From Deltaproteobacteria bacterium (GTDB lineage Archaea > Thermoplasmatota > Poseidoniia > Poseidoniales > Poseidoniaceae), in assembly GCA_028344335.1 (NCBI GenBank), contig JAOMAZ010000002.1, forward strand, positions 380-64,379: a DNA stretch of 64,000 nucleotides, written 5' to 3'. The translations under genes were made by a program, and so were the position numbers. Below the pieces are notes generated by a model. The model ran no database searches and was not told where the DNA came from. It saw only the letters and a list, made by a program, of their open reading frames with translations. Below are positions 10,186 through 21,393 of this stretch, piece by piece (the stretch's first letter is position 1; every line of letters begins with the position of its first letter).

Positions 10186-13100
10186 ATGCGACGTAAACAA
10201 ACAACTCTGGTGACTACAGCAGTTTTACTGACCGCTTTGATGCTACTTTCACAGATGCCAACTGTGAGTCAAGTTGAGAATGCTCACCCCGAAGAAACCA
10301 ACCAAGAACCTCCGCCAGTTTCCGATACTGATGGTGATGGAATACCTGATGTTCATGAAAATAACTTTGTAGAATGGATTAATTGGACAACTTCTGATGC
10401 ACGAGATGTATTCATATCGGGACTGGATCGAACGGATGCCAGTGATGCTCCACTTGATTTTGATAATGATGGTTTGAACAATACCGAGGAATATTGTTGG
10501 CCTTACCGCTGGAATTGCACAATTGATGCCAAGGGACTAACGGGGATGCTTGATACCACAACAGGCGAGAGAATCTACCTTGACCCCCGAAAGTCAGATA
10601 GTGATGGCGATGGTCTTCCAGATGGTTTTGAAGTTTACATGTGCGCAACAGCAAGAAATGCCTATAATGCGGAATCAAACCTCTATACTTGTGAAGGTGG
10701 ATTTGATCCATTAAATGGCTCTGATGGTGCACTGGATGCTGATAGAGATGGTTTCGATGTTGACAGAGATGGTATTTACGAGCCTCATGAATGGTTCAAT
10801 AATACTGAAGAATATTCAATGGGTGCTGCCGATAACTGGACTACCGAATTAGATGGATTACGTTGCAGTTATACTCCACCTGAAGGTCCTCGCCAAAATG
10901 ATGATGGAGAATGGCCATACCTCTCATCAAATTGGCCGAATATTAATTGGGCCTGCACTGAAAACTCCACTGCATCTTATGGGGAGGATGTTTGGTTGGG
11001 TACCAATCCTTCCAATGCGGATAGCGATAGGTTTTGGTGGGATGGCTACAATGTTATCGAGTATACAAGCAGCGGAGATGGTTTACCAGATGGGTGGGAA
11101 GTATTCTTTGGAATGGACCCACTGAATAGAACCGATAGACTATTGGACCCAGATGAAGATGGTTGGGACCTTGATAGAGACGGCTTCAAGAGCAAAGATG
11201 TTTCAGGAAAAGACGAAGACCTTGCGGCAGGTGAAGAATTTTCCAACCTTGAAGAATACCAAACATACCTTGATGATGAAAATTGGGTAATTGCCGGCCT
11301 AAAGTCCGTAGTTTCGGGTGCCACAGAAAATAGCCTTCAACAAGTCCCATTATCGAGGGAGTCTGGTGCCTCTGCTTCTTATTCGACCTTACATCATGAT
11401 GTGAAGCGATTATTGAAGGTCAATGATGATACTTTCATCGCAGCCACTAGATTAGGACTCTCGACTATTATGATTGATGAAGAACGTTCTCAAGATTCTT
11501 GGTTACCTACAGGCTGGGAATTGAATGATGCTATTTTAGTTCAAGGAGATGTAGATACCATTGTAATTGCAGCAAATAATGGAATTATAGTAATTCCACT
11601 CGATGCAAATTCAGATCAACCTCTCGCTATTGCTGATTGGGATATAATGGAAGGAGAATCTGCTAATGTTGTTGTGCAAATGCAACAAGATGGAAGCGAT
11701 TCCTATGTTTTATTGGTTGGTTCTACAACCGCAGAAATGTTGAGAGTTTCAACCACAGGTACTGTAATTGGAAGCACAAATACATTCTCAAACTTAACCC
11801 AGACTCTGCAAGATGCAGCAGCAACTCCGACCGCTATAACCCATGTTGTTCACGATGCGAGAAGTCGTCTCTTTGTGGGTACAGACAAGGGTATGTTCGA
11901 AACTTCAGCAATCAGTAGTAGTGATGGTTGGTTATTGGAATCACCGTTTTGGCAATTCAGTGAATCTGATTCTGATGATATGAGAGAGCCTGTGTCTGCC
12001 GCAGTAAAGGGCACATCACGAACCTATGTCAATACAATTGTTGCTGATGGGATTGCCGGTGGAGATCCCGTCATGTTATGGATTGGAACTAATTCAGGAC
12101 TTCATAAATTTGATTTGACTTCTGATATCATTCAACATTCCGGTCTCTTAGCGCATTCTGCTAATCCCGATCACAACCGAAAGGATAGAGCGAACGCAGT
12201 GACCGATGTTCTTCCTCTTGATGGCAAGGTATACGTTGGCTCGAAGGCTGGAATGTGGACATTACAAGGCACCTATGGAAGTATTTGGGGATTGACACTT
12301 CAAGAGAGAATCCCTGGCCATATCAATGACTTGATGGTCATATCAGTAGATGGTGAGAATCGAATATTCGCTGGGGCAAACCCTGGAAGGTTCTCTAATA
12401 TTGCTTTGATAGACCCAGGAAGCAATGACTCTGATTTCGATGGTATTCCCGATGGTTGGGAGTATGTTTACGGTTTAGACCCAACAGACCCTTGGGATGC
12501 AGAACTCGATTTGGATGGCGACGGGGTTAACATGGACCTTGCTCAAGATGCGATGAATGAGAGGAACTGGACTAATCTACTGGAATATCGCTATACTCCA
12601 ATTAGCCCAGAAGGTTGGTACTCAACTGACCCAAGAGACAAGGACAGCGATGATGACGGTTTACCTGATGGTGGTGAGGCATTCGGTTTCTATTTCTCCC
12701 AGTCCAATTTGTGGTGTCATTATCAACCAAATATGTCTTATGATTGTGATGATGAAATAGTTGGCCAACTTGCTAATGCTACTTATCTTGATGGGATGCA
12801 TAGCGATCAGCAATTAGATCCAACCAACAAAGACAGTGATGGAGATGGTATGCCAGATGGTTGGGAAATTGAGCACCGAAGATGGATTGGCTCGAGTTTT
12901 ACTGGTGGCAATAACTGGACCCTTGACCCCTTGCGTGCTGATGATAAATATTGGGATGCAGACTCAGATGGTTTAGCCAATCTCTGTGAATATAATTGGC
13001 AATCATATGTCGAAGAAGGTCTGGCAGGAAATCTTTTAGAAAGCCACGCTGAATCAGCTGAAGGAGCAGCCAATTGGTCTCTTACAGACCCAAACAACCC

Positions 13101-15888
13101 CGATTCAGATGGTGATGGATTACCTGATGGTTGGGAAGCACTATATGAGTGCATTTGGGATGCCTCTAATCTTGGAATCAATCCATTAAATGGCTCTGAT
13201 GCATTCAATAATCCAGATAATGATGGTTATGATGTTAACCATGATGGAATCCTTGATTTTGATGAACAATTAGTTAACTATTTGGAATATCATTTGAAGG
13301 ATACATTATTCCTTGGAAATCAAACCTTTGATGGTGAAGAAATCCCGCAATCATTCAGTAGTAGTCTTTTCAATAATATGTCTGATTGGGGTACTCCTGA
13401 AGTTCCATTTGGAGATTATGTATCCGCATCGGTAACTGTTGGTCAACCTAAGTCTCACTTTGGTTCTTCGAACCCTCTACTTTCTGATACTGATGGCGAT
13501 GGCATGCCTGATGGCTGGGAGGTTTACTTTGCACGTTGGGATTTACTGAGTGATGAATGGATTTTGAATCCCGTTGATGGTACAGATGATAGTGGAGACC
13601 CAGATGATGATGGGATGGCTAATTGGGAAGAATACAATGCTATTGACCCTCTGTTGACTGAAACAAATGCTAATCAATCTGCTCCTCAATGGTTTATGCT
13701 GACATCCGGAAATACTTCGATATTACAAGAATGGAATTCTGCAACTGCGAGCAAAAGCTTTGGTTCATTTATCACCGCTGAACAAATTGCTCTGAAGGGT
13801 TGGACTGCAGACCCCACAGACCCAGATTCTGACGGAGATGGTTATGTTGACGGAATCGAGGCGCTATTCACAAATTGGAATAGCAGTGCTGAAACTTGGA
13901 CACTAAATCCATTAGTCGCAGGAGATGGAAACTTCGATTCTGACAATGACGGCATTACGGATGCTCAGGAATTGAATATCTCATCTTCTCATCCTGATAA
14001 CGGAGTTGATCATCCTGTTGACTCTTGGTTGTTCCATCAAGATGCATTGATTCAAGATCCACTTGGTATTGCAACTCGAATCACCACGATGCTGCTAAGT
14101 AAATCTAACAGGGCAACTCTAGCCTTGGCTCAATTCCAGCACTTTGCTTCCACAAATCAGTCCACACCGTTAACAAATATGTTGTTGACAATAACAGACC
14201 CGAGCAATAATGATACTGACGGAGATAATATGTCTGATGGATTTGAATTCTGGTTCGCAAAGTGGGACCTTTCCTTGAATAGATGGTCAATGAACCCATT
14301 AAGTAACAAAGATGCCGATTTGGATAGTGATGAAGATTCCTGGGATTGTGATCAAAATGGCACCATCGAGGATGATGAACGTTATACAAACATTAGAGAA
14401 TGGGAATCTCTAGTATATGGTCGATATGACCGCAGAATGGGAAATAGTGGATTTGGACACGATGCCGTTGCTGCATTAGTAGCGGATAATTTGACTAGTG
14501 AAGCACAAGCCCGCCTATCTTTGTACAATACGTGGGTAAATAGGGACCAAGAGAGCAGCGACCGAATGGCTAAAATCAATTCATTGGACCCAAATAATTG
14601 GAATAGAAGTTTATTTGGAGTTTCAGACCCAACCTCAAAGGATTCAGATGGGGATTTAATTCCCGATGGTTGGGAATACTGCTATGCTGCTCTCAACATG
14701 ACCGGTTTATCTTCTCCAAACCGCTGGTCTGCAAATCCAATAAATCCTGCTGATGCAGATTATGATGGCGACCAGGATGGATGGTATGACCGAGATTTCA
14801 CTGATATTCCTGCAGCCCAAGGAACTTGGAAGGACAGACAGTTCACACAAAATGGAGTTCAAATAGATGCGGGCGCTAATGATCCAATCAAATTCACAAA
14901 CCTTATGGAATACAGGAATGGTACTCGTCCTGATTTAACTGATTCAGATGGTGATAGTATCATCATGAAGAGAGTTGGAGATCCCCAAGATAACCAAGTG
15001 ACAATCTCCTATGAGTTAGACCTCAACCTTTCCGATGGTCGAGAAGTGTTCAAGTATGGGATGAATCCCAAAGACAATGATTCTGACCATGACTTCCTTC
15101 CAGATTGGTATGAATATCATTATGGTTGGAATGCTGCAAGTTCAAACTGGTCAACATATTCTCCAGTTGCAGTAACATGGGAAGACACGGCTTCTAGTAA
15201 GAAACCACTACACTTTGATTTCGGAACGGGAGAATTGCAAAGACCAATGTTAAGTTCTGTTTGGGTGACATTTAATCCGGCAGATGCAAGTGATGCAAAT
15301 GCGGATTGGGATTTGGATGGCGATTGGGACTGTACTGCAAGTTGTGTATATACTCCATACACAAATTTCCAAGAGTTTTTCATGATAACTGATCCAGCAC
15401 TAAATTCCCCAAATGCGGTTTTACAAGCATCCCTTTCCTACAAGGGTCAGCCTGTTACCGAATGGTGGCAATTTAGGGCATACCTCCTAGACTCTCAAGG
15501 AGCGGACCCTGATGCAACTAATTATTTGCGAATGTACCAGATGCCTGGTGATAATATATTAGCCTACAAACTCAACGATATGGATAGCGACTTCGGGACT
15601 GTGAATGTAGCAGATGACATCTTACTATGCGATGGTTCACGCACTGATTCTTGGGACATTTTCTACACCACTTCTCCTCTCACCCCGCCTGTTTTAAATG
15701 TCAATGAACGGGAATATGGTTGGTGGCATTTCGATCTGGATGGAGACCATACTGCTGAAGGAACAAGCCCTCTAAATTGGGATAGTGATGGCGATTGGAT
15801 GGTTGATTGGTTCGAAGTTAATGACGATGAAGAAGATGGAATTAGAGGTGACGGCTCACCTCTGAGATATGACATCAGGGATCCTTGA
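10186..15888 (+). CDS. Giant secreted Ca-binding repeat protein (DxDxDGxxDGWE, TSP3-like) with a central probable beta-propeller
   Basis: Signal/anchor MRRKQTTLVTTAVLLTALMLLS (start taken at ATG 10186). More than 20 DxDxDG motifs. Central LFVGTDKG/LWIGTNSG/VYVGSKAG propeller-type blades. Confidence 0.8.
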   Translation: MRRKQTTLVTTAVLLTALMLLSQMPTVSQVENAHPEETNQEPPPVSDTDGDGIPDVHENNFVEWINWTTSDARDVFISGLDRTDASDAPLDFDNDGLNNTEEYCWPYRWNCTIDAKGLTGMLDTTTGERIYLDPRKSDSDGDGLPDGFEVYMCATARNAYNAESNLYTCEGGFDPLNGSDGALDADRDGFDVDRDGIYEPHEWFNNTEEYSMGAADNWTTELDGLRCSYTPPEGPRQNDDGEWPYLSSNWPNINWACTENSTASYGEDVWLGTNPSNADSDRFWWDGYNVIEYTSSGDGLPDGWEVFFGMDPLNRTDRLLDPDEDGWDLDRDGFKSKDVSGKDEDLAAGEEFSNLEEYQTYLDDENWVIAGLKSVVSGATENSLQQVPLSRESGASASYSTLHHDVKRLLKVNDDTFIAATRLGLSTIMIDEERSQDSWLPTGWELNDAILVQGDVDTIVIAANNGIIVIPLDANSDQPLAIADWDIMEGESANVVVQMQQDGSDSYVLLVGSTTAEMLRVSTTGTVIGSTNTFSNLTQTLQDAAATPTAITHVVHDARSRLFVGTDKGMFETSAISSSDGWLLESPFWQFSESDSDDMREPVSAAVKGTSRTYVNTIVADGIAGGDPVMLWIGTNSGLHKFDLTSDIIQHSGLLAHSANPDHNRKDRANAVTDVLPLDGKVYVGSKAGMWTLQGTYGSIWGLTLQERIPGHINDLMVISVDGENRIFAGANPGRFSNIALIDPGSNDSDFDGIPDGWEYVYGLDPTDPWDAELDLDGDGVNMDLAQDAMNERNWTNLLEYRYTPISPEGWYSTDPRDKDSDDDGLPDGGEAFGFYFSQSNLWCHYQPNMSYDCDDEIVGQLANATYLDGMHSDQQLDPTNKDSDGDGMPDGWEIEHRRWIGSSFTGGNNWTLDPLRADDKYWDADSDGLANLCEYNWQSYVEEGLAGNLLESHAESAEGAANWSLTDPNNPDSDGDGLPDGWEALYECIWDASNLGINPLNGSDAFNNPDNDGYDVNHDGILDFDEQLVNYLEYHLKDTLFLGNQTFDGEEIPQSFSSSLFNNMSDWGTPEVPFGDYVSASVTVGQPKSHFGSSNPLLSDTDGDGMPDGWEVYFARWDLLSDEWILNPVDGTDDSGDPDDDGMANWEEYNAIDPLLTETNANQSAPQWFMLTSGNTSILQEWNSATASKSFGSFITAEQIALKGWTADPTDPDSDGDGYVDGIEALFTNWNSSAETWTLNPLVAGDGNFDSDNDGITDAQELNISSSHPDNGVDHPVDSWLFHQDALIQDPLGIATRITTMLLSKSNRATLALAQFQHFASTNQSTPLTNMLLTITDPSNNDTDGDNMSDGFEFWFAKWDLSLNRWSMNPLSNKDADLDSDEDSWDCDQNGTIEDDERYTNIREWESLVYGRYDRRMGNSGFGHDAVAALVADNLTSEAQARLSLYNTWVNRDQESSDRMAKINSLDPNNWNRSLFGVSDPTSKDSDGDLIPDGWEYCYAALNMTGLSSPNRWSANPINPADADYDGDQDGWYDRDFTDIPAAQGTWKDRQFTQNGVQIDAGANDPIKFTNLMEYRNGTRPDLTDSDGDSIIMKRVGDPQDNQVTISYELDLNLSDGREVFKYGMNPKDNDSDHDFLPDWYEYHYGWNAASSNWSTYSPVAVTWEDTASSKKPLHFDFGTGELQRPMLSSVWVTFNPADASDANADWDLDGDWDCTASCVYTPYTNFQEFFMITDPALNSPNAVLQASLSYKGQPVTEWWQFRAYLLDSQGADPDATNYLRMYQMPGDNILAYKLNDMDSDFGTVNVADDILLCDGSRTDSWDIFYTTSPLTPPVLNVNEREYGWWHFDLDGDHTAEGTSPLNWDSDGDWMVDWFEVNDDEEDGIRGDGSPLRYDIRDP

Positions 15889-15987
15889 TATTTAATATCT
15901 GAAATTCTAATTCAGCTATATGTTATGGCATTGGATAGGATGATTCAAAGCCCCAGTCATTACCGTAGACAACAGGGAGGCGTTAGC

Positions 15988-18900
15988 GTGGATGGGAATA
16001 AAAAATCCGCTTTGGCATTTTCTCTTGTAGTATTGATGATAATTTCAATTGGAACGCCTTTGCTCTCTCTAATTCCAGCGGTTGAAGCCGGCAGTGGTTC
16101 CGTTCGTCACATTTACACTTTTAGTGATGGTTCTGTCGAAGCAACTGCTCTCTATCAGGGCTCTTCCCCTGATGCTACCAATAGCATCACTATCCCGAAA
16201 GGGGCTGAAGTCACTGATATTGAAATGACTTTGCAAGGAGCATCAGCAACCGGTTGGTCCCAAGTCGAGTCGCTCGATAGGTCTGATTGGATGAAAGGTG
16301 ATGATAATAATATCGACAAGCGTTCTGACATATTGACATTGGGACTTGATTCTCCAAGTATTGAACTGGAAGGCCATGACCCTATGGAAAATTATGATTT
16401 GAATAATACCGCATGGAGAGATAATGGTAGTTTCGCTTTACGCCAACCTAACACGGGAAACGTATCTGAATCATTATTCGTTCCTCAATCTCAAGTTAGT
16501 GGAAATTCTTTCATGGCCCAAGGTCAAGGTGCAATTTTGAAGAATCATGGTTGGTTATTCATGTCAACATGGAGTGGTACAAACTTTGAGAACATGGTTA
16601 AGCGTTTATGGCCAAATAACGGTAGTGTTGAATCAACAATAACACTTGATAAGGCTAGTTGCACATTACCATCATTACCTACTAGCACCTATTATGCATC
16701 ATATGGGTTTAGAGATTGGACAGTTGCTCCAGGAGAAAAAATGTTTGGCATATTTTCATCATATCGATATCATTATGGTTCAACAGCACCTGTTCAATAT
16801 CATAGAGTATTAGAATTTGATATTCGTTATGACGATATTTGGACTTGCCTTGATTCATATGATATATCTCCACAATTCAGTGATTATACTGGAATTGGCT
16901 ATGACCGAGTAGAAGATTCTATTTGGGTTGCTCATGGAAGTCAAAGGAGATTAGTATCCTATGAGTTTGAAGGAGGCGGACAATTTAATAGAGGTTCTAC
17001 AATGTACACATTTTCAACTACCAGTAGCGGTATTCAGGATTGTGGTAAGAGTGGTGGATTTGTTCGCGGATTGGCAGTACATGATGACATGTTTTGGATG
17101 CGCTGTAAGAAAGGTTCGAGCTCATGGTCAACCACTGATACTCTGAATGCTTGGGCAGTTCCATCTTCTGGAACTCAATTAATTGGTCAAAGCAGTACTC
17201 GTGATATCAATCAACTTGGATATGGGCTAACCTATGATGGAGAACGCCTACATACGGTTGATTGCGGTTATTATTCATGGGGAGGCTCAACCTTATTCTA
17301 TCGTCAATTTGGTTCAGGTATTGCTTATCCATCAACACCTGCTCCTGGAACTTCGACTTGGCTATCAGAGCCAATAACTTCTGAAGAGAATATTCTTGCT
17401 GTAAATATGCAGACTCATTGGTCTGCACCCTCAACGGGAGACCGAGTAGATTTTTGGGTCAGCAGTGATAATGGCACACATTGGGAATCTGTCGAATCAA
17501 ATACCACAATTCACCTTTCAAACCCAGGTAAGATATTGTTGTGGAAGGCGAGGCTAATTGGTTCTAGCGCCGTATCTTGGTGGGTTAGTTTGGAATATGC
17601 AACTGCTTACATGACAACTGGGTCTTGGACATCACCTACTACTCCAACTGGAACTGAAATCGGTTTAGTTAGACCAATTTGGACATCGGATGTTCCGTCT
17701 GAAACTACATTGAAGGTGTTTGTTTCGAATGATAACGGCAGTAACTGGGATGAAGTGCCATCAGATACAGATTGGTCATTTACATCCAATGGTTCTCATC
17801 TCCGATACAGCATCATGCTTGAAACCTCAGATAATACCATCACTCCGAGCATAGACCAATTCATTTTACGATATCAAGAAGCCTTTCCAAACAAAGTTAG
17901 ACTCGATATTGGTGATGATAATACCTGGGACTGGTGGGGATTATCTTTCTTATCTCAAGGCGTAAGTGTGATAGCTAGTGATTCCTCAGTGGTTGGAGAG
18001 GAAGTGGTTAACCAACCTTCTATGGTAAGCGCATTGAATGCTCATATTCCAGCCAATGGAATTGGTAGCGTTGATATTCCAATTGCCATCAGAGCTGAAG
18101 AATCAGGCCGAGTGAAGTTAACTAACCTTGATGTTTCATACAGGATGATGTCTAGAGTATTAGATGCTAGCCTTGATGGTAATACTCTTGCACCTGATGG
18201 CGATTGGAGAACTCTTGAAGTTAGAATTGCAAGAGGTGATGAAGCTGATAGAATAATGAGTGTAAGCACAACTCTTGAGAATAGCCATGGTTCTTCTCCG
18301 GTATTATTTTGGCAATTGGGAGATGCTTGCAGCACTCTAAACGATGGTGATGGAATTTTTGAATTCGATGCAGGTAATTGTTCGTCCTTTGATAATCAAT
18401 ATGGAGTAAAGACAATTCGAATGCCAATAAGGGTTAACTGGAGTTGGGACGATGAAGTTGATATGCAGGCTTTGGTAACTGTTGACGATGACATTGGAAG
18501 AGCGGTTACAAATTGGCAGACTGAAAGTTTGAATTTGAGAGTTGAGAATGATATCCAATTAGATGGCCTGAGGGTGCACGATGCTACTGGAAGAGAATTA
18601 CTTAATTTTGATTGGATGAGAGGTGGTGAAAACATCACCTTTTCTGGAGGAATCCACTTTGAAGGAACCTCCATCAGCCCAGGTGCAGGAGAATTCATCA
18701 TACAAATAAGTGGTCAAAATCTAACTCCGGACGGCGACCCAGATGGGTCATCTGTTATTTTGTATGAAGAGCCTAATCCATCTCATGGGGAGTATAATCT
18801 GACTTTTATTGCGCCTATGGAATCTACCCAAGGCGGAATGTTATTCCAAGTTGCAGTTGTCAATACTAGCATTGGATCTAGTTTTGCCAACCCATATTAC

Positions 18901-21366
18901 AATACAATCCGTGTAGTTCTTGATGGAAATAGCCCATTGCTGATGTCAGCGAGCCCTATGGACGGCTCCCAAATGCACAAAGGTTCTCCAGATCAGGCTA
19001 TTGAAATCATTATCCAAGATAGTGTAGAGCCTCCAACAAACATCCAGTTGCATTATTGGTTGGGTTGTAAATCGAGGCACGAAACTTGCTCAGACACCAA
19101 TTTCAACAATTTACCGGATGCATTGGAATACAGAACGCTCACCTTGACATCCCCAGAAGTCAGAACAGGTGGGATCAACATCTTTGAGGGTTCGATAGAT
19201 GACAGTATGCTAATTCATGGTGAGAAAGTAGTCTTCCACGTAACTGGAATAGATGCACAAGGGAATTCAGTCGCCATGGGCGGGGCTAGTGTTTGTCTAG
19301 ATTCTACAGGTACTGTTTGCGGCTCACAATTTGGGCAGAATCCCCCTGATTGGGATGCAGCACTAGTAGTCTATACCATTAGAGAAGAATTCGAGCCGGA
19401 ATTATCTCCTGAAAATTCCACCATAGTAGGCCACGATGACAAGGCACCTTTACACCCTGGAATTCCATATAATTTAGTTCTGCAAATTGGCGACATGAAT
19501 GGTTGGAGAGATATTGATTCTGTCCAGGTCGCTTTAGCTGGAGATTTTGATGACGAAGAAACCACCATTAGTATCGACATCTTTGAAGGAGAGATGGGCC
19601 AAGTAGATATGACTCTTCACTCTGGAGGTGAGGGCCTTGCAGTTAGTAATCTGTATAGCCTAATAGTAGAAGATATAGAGAATTCTTCTCGAGTTTTCAT
19701 CAACATAAGATTCCAGTTAACTTGGTTATTCCCTGAAGTCTGGGATACTGATGGAGAATCCCATTTTATTCCCAAATTAAAGGTTGAGGACTTACCTTGT
19801 GGTCTTGAATTGAATGTTCCATGTAATGAAGTTAGAGTTGGAATGGGTAATGATTTATGGAGTCTTGATAACGACCTGAGGTTTGATCTTGAACAAGGCC
19901 ACATGAGAGCGGTTGAACTGCGTAATGGAATCGATCATTTTAATGAAGAAGGAGATGCCACTCTCATTGGCTCAGGACAAGCTTTGCGTTTTTCTGGAAA
20001 GGTACTATTCAGTGAAGATTCGATTTCTGCTCCAGCAGGCGCTTTCGATATAGTGCTTGGTGACTTAGAGCACCAATGGCGCACATCACCTCGAGAAGGT
20101 GGTTATTTCACAATGGATATGTTAGTTCCAGAGGTAAGGAGTGGCCATCTTGACTTGATGGTAACGATGGAAGACATGCCTGGCCTTGCAACTGATGAAA
20201 CAGCAATGGATGTGCGATTGAGGCTGGAAGTTGATCACCAAAAACCTGTTATTGAAGATATTTCCATTGCTGGAATAAGTAGTTCAAATTACATCCCTCT
20301 CAATAGCGCATCACAAGCGAGAGTTGTCCTATCGACAAGCGATGACCATGGTTTTGATTTGAACAATCATCCAACGTTACACTATGTGATTAGAGCCGGT
20401 GCAAGTGAGGTAAGCCGAGGAAGTCTACCACTATCACAAGGAAATGATTTGGACGGCGAGGTATTTTGGAGTGCGGACCTTGATTTGACTGATGCAGGAG
20501 CAACGCAAATCCTACCGACCTATGCACTCGACACATGGATAACTGGTTCTGATGCAAGTGGTAATCCTTTTGATGCCAATGGAAATACAGAATCTTACCC
20601 TGTTGCCTCATTCCTTTTCACAAGAACTGGTCCGCTTCTAGACTTGATGGCAGAAGATACTACCATCTCATGGAGCGACCCAAGTCCCGCCCCTGGTGAT
20701 GTCGTTAGCCTTGAAGTTCATGGATTCAATAGTGTTCCACAAATTGGGGACTTGAGATTTACTTTGGAAAGAAAAGTAGCAGGTGAGTGGATTGAAGTTT
20801 CCATGCGTAATACAACCGTTAAAGGTGTAAGTGAAATGCATATTATTTTGGAATATGCTGTACCATTAGATGCAGAGGAGACCCTTGAATTCAGAGTTAG
20901 AGAATTTGATGAATTATTTGAACTAGACCGGCGTAGCACTTCCCCACTGACTATTGAAAAAGATGTTCAACGAGATGGAGATGCATTAGCGAATCAAGTA
21001 TCTAGCTCGGGATTGAGTGTCATTCTCTATCTTGTTGCCTTAGCATCCACCGTATTTGGAATCTGGATGATGGTTCTTTATCGTGAATCAGTTAGAGTTG
21101 ATGAAGATGAACAACTTGACCAAACCAGTGATGTGATGGATAACTTAGAAGTGAAAAAAGATCTGCCAAGTCTTGAATCTTCATCCCCCCCTCCTCCCAA
21201 TATGTCGGCGCCATTACCACTAGGAGAGCCCGTTCCAGTTTTACCTCCAGCACAAAGCCATCAAGGAGTGGCTCCAGTACCAACTGAGGGCTTGCCACCT
21301 GGTTGGACTCCGGAACAGTGGGGACATTATGGCTGGACTTGGCTTGAGCAGCAGGGGCGGGCCTGA
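15988..21366 (+). CDS. Large single-pass surface protein (propeller-like and beta-sandwich domains, C-terminal TM, Pro-rich tail with GLPPGWTPEQWGHYG motif)
   Basis: GGAGG SD before GTG 15988, signal peptide KKSALAFSLVVLMIISIG...VEA, two SxDNGxxW (Asp-box-like) motifs, TM LSVILYLVALASTVFGIWMMVLY. Confidence 0.8.
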   Translation: MDGNKKSALAFSLVVLMIISIGTPLLSLIPAVEAGSGSVRHIYTFSDGSVEATALYQGSSPDATNSITIPKGAEVTDIEMTLQGASATGWSQVESLDRSDWMKGDDNNIDKRSDILTLGLDSPSIELEGHDPMENYDLNNTAWRDNGSFALRQPNTGNVSESLFVPQSQVSGNSFMAQGQGAILKNHGWLFMSTWSGTNFENMVKRLWPNNGSVESTITLDKASCTLPSLPTSTYYASYGFRDWTVAPGEKMFGIFSSYRYHYGSTAPVQYHRVLEFDIRYDDIWTCLDSYDISPQFSDYTGIGYDRVEDSIWVAHGSQRRLVSYEFEGGGQFNRGSTMYTFSTTSSGIQDCGKSGGFVRGLAVHDDMFWMRCKKGSSSWSTTDTLNAWAVPSSGTQLIGQSSTRDINQLGYGLTYDGERLHTVDCGYYSWGGSTLFYRQFGSGIAYPSTPAPGTSTWLSEPITSEENILAVNMQTHWSAPSTGDRVDFWVSSDNGTHWESVESNTTIHLSNPGKILLWKARLIGSSAVSWWVSLEYATAYMTTGSWTSPTTPTGTEIGLVRPIWTSDVPSETTLKVFVSNDNGSNWDEVPSDTDWSFTSNGSHLRYSIMLETSDNTITPSIDQFILRYQEAFPNKVRLDIGDDNTWDWWGLSFLSQGVSVIASDSSVVGEEVVNQPSMVSALNAHIPANGIGSVDIPIAIRAEESGRVKLTNLDVSYRMMSRVLDASLDGNTLAPDGDWRTLEVRIARGDEADRIMSVSTTLENSHGSSPVLFWQLGDACSTLNDGDGIFEFDAGNCSSFDNQYGVKTIRMPIRVNWSWDDEVDMQALVTVDDDIGRAVTNWQTESLNLRVENDIQLDGLRVHDATGRELLNFDWMRGGENITFSGGIHFEGTSISPGAGEFIIQISGQNLTPDGDPDGSSVILYEEPNPSHGEYNLTFIAPMESTQGGMLFQVAVVNTSIGSSFANPYYNTIRVVLDGNSPLLMSASPMDGSQMHKGSPDQAIEIIIQDSVEPPTNIQLHYWLGCKSRHETCSDTNFNNLPDALEYRTLTLTSPEVRTGGINIFEGSIDDSMLIHGEKVVFHVTGIDAQGNSVAMGGASVCLDSTGTVCGSQFGQNPPDWDAALVVYTIREEFEPELSPENSTIVGHDDKAPLHPGIPYNLVLQIGDMNGWRDIDSVQVALAGDFDDEETTISIDIFEGEMGQVDMTLHSGGEGLAVSNLYSLIVEDIENSSRVFINIRFQLTWLFPEVWDTDGESHFIPKLKVEDLPCGLELNVPCNEVRVGMGNDLWSLDNDLRFDLEQGHMRAVELRNGIDHFNEEGDATLIGSGQALRFSGKVLFSEDSISAPAGAFDIVLGDLEHQWRTSPREGGYFTMDMLVPEVRSGHLDLMVTMEDMPGLATDETAMDVRLRLEVDHQKPVIEDISIAGISSSNYIPLNSASQARVVLSTSDDHGFDLNNHPTLHYVIRAGASEVSRGSLPLSQGNDLDGEVFWSADLDLTDAGATQILPTYALDTWITGSDASGNPFDANGNTESYPVASFLFTRTGPLLDLMAEDTTISWSDPSPAPGDVVSLEVHGFNSVPQIGDLRFTLERKVAGEWIEVSMRNTTVKGVSEMHIILEYAVPLDAEETLEFRVREFDELFELDRRSTSPLTIEKDVQRDGDALANQVSSSGLSVILYLVALASTVFGIWMMVLYRESVRVDEDEQLDQTSDVMDNLEVKKDLPSLESSSPPPPNMSAPLPLGEPVPVLPPAQSHQGVAPVPTEGLPPGWTPEQWGHYGWTWLEQQGRA

Positions 21367-21393
21367 GTGCAAACTCCAAGTAATGAAGAAAAA

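Noticed and set aside
10300..15880. Recurrent GATGGTGATGG-type nucleotide repeats as a possible CRISPR or tandem array
   Set aside because: They are degenerate, in frame and explained by the DxDGDG protein repeats; there is no fixed repeat-spacer periodicity.
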